Shown here in pieces: positions 59,144 through 64,000 of a DNA stretch of 64,000 bases. The first letter of the stretch is position 1, and every line of letters begins with the position of its first letter. Made by a program: the position numbers and the translations under genes. The notes below the pieces were generated by a model. That model did no database searches. It saw nothing but the letters and a program-made list of their open reading frames with translations, and was not told where the DNA came from. The stretch is from an uncultured Gammaproteobacteria bacterium (lineage in GTDB: Bacteria > Patescibacteriota > Microgenomatia > Levybacterales > UBA12049), in contig CAZFNO010000001.1 of assembly GCA_964520695.1 (NCBI GenBank), positions 8,211 to 72,210 of the forward strand, given 5' to 3'.

Positions 59144-60286
59144 ATGCTCATAAAACCTCAGACGACTAATTTTGCAAAAATAAGAGTAATGGGTATAGGG
59201 GGCGGAGGAACAAATGCCCTAAACTCTATGATTGCGCAGTCATCCATTCAGGGCGTGGATTTCATAGCAGTTAATACAGATGCACAATCTCTTCTTCTTA
59301 ATCAGGCGGCAACAAAAGTTCAGATTGGAGAAGAACTGACAAAAGGACTGGGCTCTGGCGGAAATCCGGAAATTGGAGTACAAGCTGCTGAAGAGTCATA
59401 TGAAAAATTAAAAGATATTTTAGGAGGTACAGACATGGTTTTTCTGGCAGCCGGAATGGGAGGAGGGACAGGATCGGGTTCAACCCCTGTTATAGCAAGG
59501 GCAGCAAAAGAAGTTGGAGCATTAACAGTTGCTGTTGCAACAAAACCATTTACATTTGAGGGAACAAGAAGAATGGTAGTTGCCGAGGAAGCAATTGAAA
59601 ATTTAAAAGACAAAGTAGATACGCTGATTGTAATTCCAAATCAGAGAATTTTAGATGTAGTTGATAAAAAACTTTCACTTCTTGAAGCATTTAAAGTTGC
59701 GGATTCGGTGCTCACCCAGGGAGTTCAGGGAATCTCCGATCTTATAACAATGCCCGGACTTATCAATGTAGACTTTGCGGATGTCAGAACAATTATGCAA
59801 AACGCAGGCACCTCTCTTATGGGAATTGGAACAGGAGTGGGTGAGAATAGAGCCCAAGCAGCAGCGCGGGCTGCAATTGCCTCTCCTCTTCTTGAAATTA
59901 CAATAGAAGGGGCAAGGGGAGTTCTATTTAATGTAATAGGAGGACCGGATCTTACAATGAGCGAGGTGGATGATGCGGCAAAAATTATTGCACAAGCCGC
60001 AGACTCTGATGCAAATATAATTTTTGGTGCAACGATTGATGAGAGTATGAAAGATCAAATGAAAATAACGGTTATTGCAACAGGATTTGACAGCACCCGC
60101 CAGACATTACGCGAGTTTGTTGCTCCTCAGAGGTTTGATTCATCGCAGGCTTTTGGTGCTCAGCAGGAACAAAATACGGATTCACAGCAGGGTCAGGAAG
60201 AACCTCCTCCGCCCTCATCTCCACCTAGTGCTGAAGATGAGGAAGACGTCTGGGACATCCCCGCATTCCTAAGACAGAAGAATTAA
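59144..60286 (+). CDS. ftsZ: Cell division GTPase FtsZ
   Basis: 'GIGGGGTNA', 'GGTGSG' tubulin signature, conserved C-terminal peptide 'DIPAFLRQKN'; ATG at 59144. Confidence 0.95.
   Translation: MLIKPQTTNFAKIRVMGIGGGGTNALNSMIAQSSIQGVDFIAVNTDAQSLLLNQAATKVQIGEELTKGLGSGGNPEIGVQAAEESYEKLKDILGGTDMVFLAAGMGGGTGSGSTPVIARAAKEVGALTVAVATKPFTFEGTRRMVVAEEAIENLKDKVDTLIVIPNQRILDVVDKKLSLLEAFKVADSVLTQGVQGISDLITMPGLINVDFADVRTIMQNAGTSLMGIGTGVGENRAQAAARAAIASPLLEITIEGARGVLFNVIGGPDLTMSEVDDAAKIIAQAADSDANIIFGATIDESMKDQMKITVIATGFDSTRQTLREFVAPQRFDSSQAFGAQQEQNTDSQQGQEEPPPPSSPPSAEDEEDVWDIPAFLRQKN
60259..60286 (+). repeat. Copy A of ftsZ 3'-end repeat (native gene end, PAFLRQKN + TAA)
   Basis: CCCCGCATTCCTAAGACAGAAGAATTAA. 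Confidence 0.7.
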
Positions 60287-60293
60287 CCCCAGG

Positions 60294-60321
60294 TTGACAA
60301 TTCAGGACAAAGTGATATTAT
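60294..60321 (+). promoter_or_regulatory. Sigma70-like promoter TTGACA-16-TATTAT
   Basis: -10 ends 7 nt before the ATG at 60329, so a leaderless transcript is predicted. Confidence 0.55.
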
Positions 60322-60328
60322 TTGAGAT

Positions 60329-60886
60329 ATGGCAATAAGAGTTGAGAACATTGTCGCAAGACCTCCGTATCCAGAAAAACATCCACTTGCCCCAGTTGAA
60401 ATCAGCCCAGAATCAGCAAAGTTAGTTATGAGAGAAAGGGTTAAGAGGTATGCAGAGGGAATTCCTCAAGGATTTGTATCCAGAGCAAGAGGTCCAAGGA
60501 GATCATTGACCCTGATTAGTATAGATAGGGAGGGAGGATGGATGAATTCTACTGAAGCGGGTCATCCTGGATATGTTTTAGACGGAGTCCAGCTTCAAGA
60601 TTTGACAATTGAAGCCATGCAAGAGTTCGGATTAAACACAAATATTACTTATGAATCAGAACACAGTCTCAATCCGCATCCCAACGGAACAATAAGGGAG
60701 CGTACGGTATATCCAAGTCAGACAGTAAAAGGACTATCTTTTGAAAGATGGTTTGATTCTGTAGAGGCTACCGGAGAACCAGTATCCGTGGACTGGAGAT
60801 TGTTAGACACTCATGTAAATCCTGGTGAAGTGCTTATAGGAATGACACCTCCTAAGGAGGTTGTCGCAGTTCAACCTTCTAACTAA
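60329..60886 (+). CDS. Hypothetical protein (185 aa, no TM, unrecognised)
   Basis: Clean ORF with dedicated promoter; no known motif. Confidence 0.5.
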   Translation: MAIRVENIVARPPYPEKHPLAPVEISPESAKLVMRERVKRYAEGIPQGFVSRARGPRRSLTLISIDREGGWMNSTEAGHPGYVLDGVQLQDLTIEAMQEFGLNTNITYESEHSLNPHPNGTIRERTVYPSQTVKGLSFERWFDSVEATGEPVSVDWRLLDTHVNPGEVLIGMTPPKEVVAVQPSN

Positions 60887-60942
60887 AATAATTCCCTCTT
60901 GATATCAATTCTCAAAAAGTTTATATTTTGCCTAGGTGTTTT

Positions 60943-60992
60943 TAGTCCTTCGGCCTTACTCCCTCCAGAGGCGGGCAAGCAGGATAAAACAG
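60943..60992 (+). repeat. GC-rich conserved element, copy 1 (TAGTCCTTCGGCCTTACTCCCTCCAGAGGCGGGCAAGCAGGATAAAACAGG)
   Basis: Shares ~40 nt with 63276..63320, differing mainly by small indels. Confidence 0.6.
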
Positions 60993-60993
60993 G

Positions 60994-61019
60994 CCGCATT
61001 TCTCAGGCAGAAGAATTAG
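60994..61019 (+). repeat. Copy B of ftsZ 3'-end repeat (AAFLRQKN + TAG)
   Basis: CCGCATTTCTCAGGCAGAAGAATTAG; keeps reading frame and stop. Confidence 0.65.
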
Positions 61020-61020
61020 A

Positions 61021-61048
61021 TTGACAATTCAGGAACTACTTGTATAAT
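61021..61048 (+). promoter_or_regulatory. Sigma70-like promoter TTGACA-16-TATAAT
   Basis: TTGACAATTCAGGA is identical over 14 nt to the promoter at 60294; -10 ends 7 nt before the ATG at 61056. Confidence 0.55.
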
Positions 61049-61055
61049 TCTTACC

Positions 61056-61727
61056 ATGACTTTGGAACATGAACTAAGAACTGATTTTGGTGATCCACTC
61101 TCGGAACAACTAAGTCCTTTAGCCGCAGCAGAAGAATTTACGAGAATTTGTGAGATGCTTGATGAAAGACATATCTCATCGTTTCAGGCAGAGGAGGATT
61201 ATTGGGAATCCGGTAAAAGAATATTTGCAGGAGATCCTACAAAAAGACTTGGTGAATTATTATCTCAGTATTATGCCGGTACTCCAACCGCAAGAAAACG
61301 TTTATTGACGGAAGGATTCATAAAACACGGATATAATATGGGGGACGTGGTAAGTGATATTCCCTTTGGAAATTGGCCCGGAGACCTTGGAATGGATATT
61401 GAAAACGGAAGTGCGGGAGTATTTGAGAGGGAGGGAGCGCGGAAAATAGAAAGAACAGAGCTTCTGTTCTGGCTTCCTATTGAGATTGATTTTGATCTAG
61501 CAGGTATGATGGGAAGTTTGTCCGGTGATCCCAAAAAATCAATAGAGGCGTTTTTACAACAAATAGAAGAGTATGAAAAGGTATTCGGAGAGCCTTATGA
61601 CAGCCCCAGAGAAGAAGATACCGAGCATGAAAGGGTAGAAGCTGAGAAAGCAAAAGCAACAATACAGAGGCTTAAAAAAATTTTAGAAAGATTGGGACCT
61701 TCGAGTAATACAAGACTTGATAATTAA
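61056..61727 (+). CDS. Hypothetical acidic protein (223 aa)
   Basis: Clean ORF, own promoter, no recognisable domain. Confidence 0.5.
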   Translation: MTLEHELRTDFGDPLSEQLSPLAAAEEFTRICEMLDERHISSFQAEEDYWESGKRIFAGDPTKRLGELLSQYYAGTPTARKRLLTEGFIKHGYNMGDVVSDIPFGNWPGDLGMDIENGSAGVFEREGARKIERTELLFWLPIEIDFDLAGMMGSLSGDPKKSIEAFLQQIEEYEKVFGEPYDSPREEDTEHERVEAEKAKATIQRLKKILERLGPSSNTRLDN

Positions 61728-61760
61728 TTCCCCTGGCTCTATTCAAAGAGTGATCAATAG

Positions 61761-61787
61761 CCCGCATTCCTAAGGCAGAAGAATTAA
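61761..61787 (+). repeat. Copy C of ftsZ 3'-end repeat (stop-PAFLRQKN-TAA)
   Basis: CCCGCATTCCTAAGGCAGAAGAATTAA, 26/27 identical to copy A; its TTAA also provides the stop of the antisense gene 61784..62014. Confidence 0.65.
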
Positions 61788-62014
61788 ATTGTACTATAAC
61801 CCCTAACGTGGAGAATGTCGTTCTTGCTGACCCTGCGGACATCAGAAAATTTAAGAGTTATTAATGCAACAGTTTTACCTGTTGCTGTAACAAATTCTAC
61901 CTCAATTGTCTTACCATCTTCATATGCATTTACAACTGCTCCCATATCTCCAGCTCTGAGGCCGTGTTCAGGAATGTCGCGCTTAAGTATGACTGTTTCT
62001 AATTCTTCAAACAT
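61784..62014 (-). CDS. DUF4926-like small protein (antitoxin-like partner)
   Basis: 'VILKRDIPEHGLRAGDMGAVVNAYEDGKTIEVEF' resembles the DUF4926 core; start taken at the internal ATG (62014). Confidence 0.45.
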   Translation of the reverse strand: MFEELETVILKRDIPEHGLRAGDMGAVVNAYEDGKTIEVEFVTATGKTVALITLKFSDVRRVSKNDILHVRGYSTI

Positions 62015-62021
62015 ACGCTTA

Positions 62022-62297
62022 TTATAGAGGATAAGCCGTGATAAATCTAGGGCTACCCTCATCTTTCTTTACAAACCAAACAGTGTTTATTTTAACTTTC
62101 TTACCGCTTGGTGATTTTATTATTCCGTCTAACACGTAATTTGTACCATAAGGCAATTTTCTAGATTCTTTTATTTCATTTGATTGGGCGATTGTTATGA
62201 ATGATTTAATCAAAATATCTATGTTGTTATTATTAAAACCAAGTTTTCGAAAAAACTTCGCTTTAGATCTACCGACTATGTGTGTTTCTGAAAGCAA
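62022..62297 (-). CDS. DUF6883-like small protein (toxin-like partner)
   Basis: 'GRSKAKFFRKLGF' and C-terminal 'VWFVKKDEGSPRFITAYPL' resemble the DUF6883 family; TTG start, possibly N-terminally truncated. Confidence 0.45.
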   Translation of the reverse strand: MLSETHIVGRSKAKFFRKLGFNNNNIDILIKSFITIAQSNEIKESRKLPYGTNYVLDGIIKSPSGKKVKINTVWFVKKDEGSPRFITAYPL

Positions 62298-62356
62298 ATA
62301 ATTAGTTTAGCCCGCCAAATCAATCTAAATTATCCTTTTATTTTAATCCTTTAAGG

Positions 62357-62384
62357 TTGACAATATTTAATCCTGTAGTATAAT
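62357..62384 (+). promoter_or_regulatory. Sigma70-like promoter TTGACA-16-TATAAT
   Basis: -10 ends 6 nt before the ATG at 62391 (leaderless). Confidence 0.55.
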
Positions 62385-62390
62385 TCGTGC

Positions 62391-63194
62391 ATGGCTGGCT
62401 GGCTTGAAAGAAATATTAATAGAATAAAAGATCGAGAGAGGGAACTCGAAGAAGAAAGAATCAGAAAACAAAAAGAAGAATTAAGACTACATCAGGAGCA
62501 AGAACAAATTAGGATCGATGAAACATCGAAGGGAAATAGAAGACTTTTAGAGACGTTAGAGAGACTAAATGCAAGGGGATGTTTGGAAGATATAAATACT
62601 TTAACATGGGATGGTGTTGGTACTATTACCATCGATGATCTATTGGCGAATAGAGGGCGAATGGGCATTGAACTTTCTTTTGAATATCCGAGGTATTCTA
62701 CTTATTATTCTCCTGCCTCTGGAATCTTTGATAGCTATAGATCAGCGTCAACTTCTCATTCCGTTAAGTGGGTTTCAACCATGATTAGAGTAGGCCTTGT
62801 TTTAACATTATTAGAAGTACCAGCATTAGAATTGGAAGCCACTTACGGATTTGATACCGACTCTTATGGACAAGCAAAACCGCAATTTAGAGAGCATGTA
62901 TCTGATGTTTTAGTTGATTCGCCAGAATCAGCAAAAGTTGTTATAGAAGATTTCTTAGGAAAAGATATATTAAGACGACAAAGATCCGAATCGTTTCCAC
63001 TTCAACTTGCCAAAAAGGGTTTTGTAGGAATTAATAAAGGTTTACTAACTGGTAGTCCTGGGTGGGAGGAGCGCGTACAACGCGTACAAAGCTTTATAGA
63101 TTCTTCCCCAATTGGGACTTACACTGCGCCTGAGCCAGAATGGATGAGAACACACACTGCAGCACCATATCGTGAGTCTCCTGACAATTGGTAA
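62391..63194 (+). CDS. Hypothetical protein with N-terminal coiled coil (267 aa)
   Basis: 'RIKDRERELEEERIRKQKEELRLHQEQEQIR' heptad-like charged segment, then a globular domain; unrecognised. Confidence 0.5.
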   Translation: MAGWLERNINRIKDRERELEEERIRKQKEELRLHQEQEQIRIDETSKGNRRLLETLERLNARGCLEDINTLTWDGVGTITIDDLLANRGRMGIELSFEYPRYSTYYSPASGIFDSYRSASTSHSVKWVSTMIRVGLVLTLLEVPALELEATYGFDTDSYGQAKPQFREHVSDVLVDSPESAKVVIEDFLGKDILRRQRSESFPLQLAKKGFVGINKGLLTGSPGWEERVQRVQSFIDSSPIGTYTAPEPEWMRTHTAAPYRESPDNW

Positions 63195-63275
63195 TCCAGT
63201 ATTTCTAGTCATAAATATGATATATTCTAATCAGATGTTTTTAGTATGAATTGAAGCTAGAAATAATCTCTGACT

Positions 63276-63320
63276 TAGTCCGTTCGGCAAGCTCTCTCCA
63301 GAGGCGGGCAGGATAAAACA
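63276..63320 (+). repeat. GC-rich conserved element, copy 2 (TAGTCCGTTCGGCAAGCTCTCTCCAGAGGCGGGCAGGATAAAACA)
   Basis: Matches 60943..60992; here fused directly to a promoter with no ftsZ-tail copy. Confidence 0.6.
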
Positions 63321-63329
63321 TTCCCCATA

Positions 63330-63357
63330 TTGACAAATTGATATAGTTTGATATAAT
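63330..63357 (+). promoter_or_regulatory. Sigma70-like promoter TTGACA-16-TATAAT
   Basis: 20-nt leader containing AGGAA before the ATG at 63378. Confidence 0.5.
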
Positions 63358-63377
63358 CCACGCTTAGGAATAAACAT

Positions 63378-64000
63378 ATGAATGAAATACCAGGTCAGCC
63401 ACCAAAAGACGAACCAAAGGCAGTTCAAATGCCTACTGGAGACGAAATGCTACGAAGGCTTCAAGCTACTGGTCTTTATGGATTAACTCCACAGACAGAT
63501 GCTTTTTATGATCAGTTTATGAAATATTCTGCAGGCCATCAACTTAATGGAATGGGTCTCACTAATACTTGGGAACTTGCAAGTTATGATACTTTAAGAC
63601 AGTATCCCCCAGCTCTGAGAGCAGTAATCGGTGCTGGATTTGACAGAGTAATTGATGCAATAACTCCTGATGAAAAGGTGGCAGATGATGCAAAACAATT
63701 TAGAAAAAAAGTACTTGAGGAATTAGCAAGAAAAGCTAAAGAAAGTGAACCCACACCAGAGGAGCTTGGTCCAGCAGATTCGCTAACTGATTTAGCAAGA
63801 TATTCACAAGCCCGTAGAATAGCAGATATCGTGTTTGAGTATGCCAGTGGCGACGTTGGTGTTTCATTTGATTATATATGGATGCAGGATAGAAGAGGAG
63901 AAAGTCCAAATCCATACTACAAACAAACCCATAGAGGTTTTTTCTTAGAAGGATATTATGGACAAATAAGTACACTATGGACTCCATGGGGAGAATATGG
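63378..64000 (+). CDS. Hypothetical protein, 5' part only (runs off the window; not in the ORF track)
   Basis: Manual translation from the ATG at 63378 ('MNEIPGQPPKDEPKAVQMPTGDEML...') gives 207 sense codons with no stop to position 64000. Confidence 0.45.
   Translation, partial: MNEIPGQPPKDEPKAVQMPTGDEMLRRLQATGLYGLTPQTDAFYDQFMKYSAGHQLNGMGLTNTWELASYDTLRQYPPALRAVIGAGFDRVIDAITPDEKVADDAKQFRKKVLEELARKAKESEPTPEELGPADSLTDLARYSQARRIADIVFEYASGDVGVSFDYIWMQDRRGESPNPYYKQTHRGFFLEGYYGQISTLWTPWGEY

Noticed and set aside
60943-60992. GC-rich element as a tRNA 3' half or other structured RNA gene
   Set aside because: No acceptor/T-arm-like pairing or CCA context could be drawn, so it is treated as a repeat of unknown function.
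60259-63320. Diversity-generating retroelement (template/variable repeats), which are common in CPR
   Set aside because: The repeats are only 26-50 nt, differences are not adenine-specific, and no reverse transcriptase ORF is present.
1-64000. CRISPR arrays, tRNA/rRNA genes, transposases or integrases
   Set aside because: No regularly spaced direct repeats with unique spacers. No cloverleaf-compatible tRNA-like segments and no rRNA-like conserved stretches were seen. No ORF shows a DDE or tyrosine-recombinase motif.
1-64000. Alternative genetic code (UGA recoding, as in some CPR lineages)
   Set aside because: TGA is used as the stop in many ATGA start/stop overlaps (e.g. 2349, 10160, 18800) and the ORFs close cleanly on it, consistent with the standard code 11.
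60300-64000. Tail region as compositionally foreign DNA (horizontal transfer) on GC content alone
   Set aside because: Its ~40% GC is similar to the adjacent dcw genes. The outlier is the AT-rich glycan locus, so mobility is argued from the repeats and promoters, not from composition.

Overview
The window looks like a low-GC bacterial chromosome segment, possibly from a CPR/Patescibacteria-type genome. The genetic code is standard: TGA acts as a stop in ATGA overlaps. Three parts stand out. (1) Positions 1-41.9 kb hold an AT-rich (~30% GC) cell-surface glycan locus, almost entirely on the + strand and tightly translationally coupled. It encodes 5 GT2 enzymes, 7 GT4 enzymes, 7 GT-C-fold membrane glycosyltransferases (four with YfhO-like 'PGWK' C-termini, two ArnT/PMT-like, and one fused to an O-antigen-ligase-like domain), a GtrB/CsbB-like polyprenol-phosphate sugar synthase, a WbaP/PglC-type priming phosphotransferase, and a DUF4012 protein. 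It also encodes a mannose-1-P guanylyltransferase, four SDR epimerase/reductases (one RmlD-like), three SAM methyltransferases, two hexapeptide acyltransferases and an SGNH hydrolase. (2) Positions 41.9-60.3 kb hold recO, glyQS and a division/cell-wall (dcw) cluster: mraZ-rsmH-ftsL-like-ftsI-murF-like-murE-like-murC-murA-glmU(N-domain)-mraY-ftsW-murG-ftsQ-like-ftsA-ftsZ. (3) Positions 60.3-64 kb, immediately downstream of ftsZ, form an odd accessory region. It contains four unrecognisable genes, each with its own TTGACA-16-TATAAT promoter placed for leaderless or near-leaderless transcription. The last gene runs off the window and is not in the ORF track. Three copies of the ftsZ 3' codons plus stop ('AFLRQKN*') are scattered through this region. 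A second ~45-nt GC-rich element occurs twice. An antisense DUF6883/DUF4926-like two-gene cassette is inserted. I found no rRNA, tRNA, CRISPR array, transposase or integrase.
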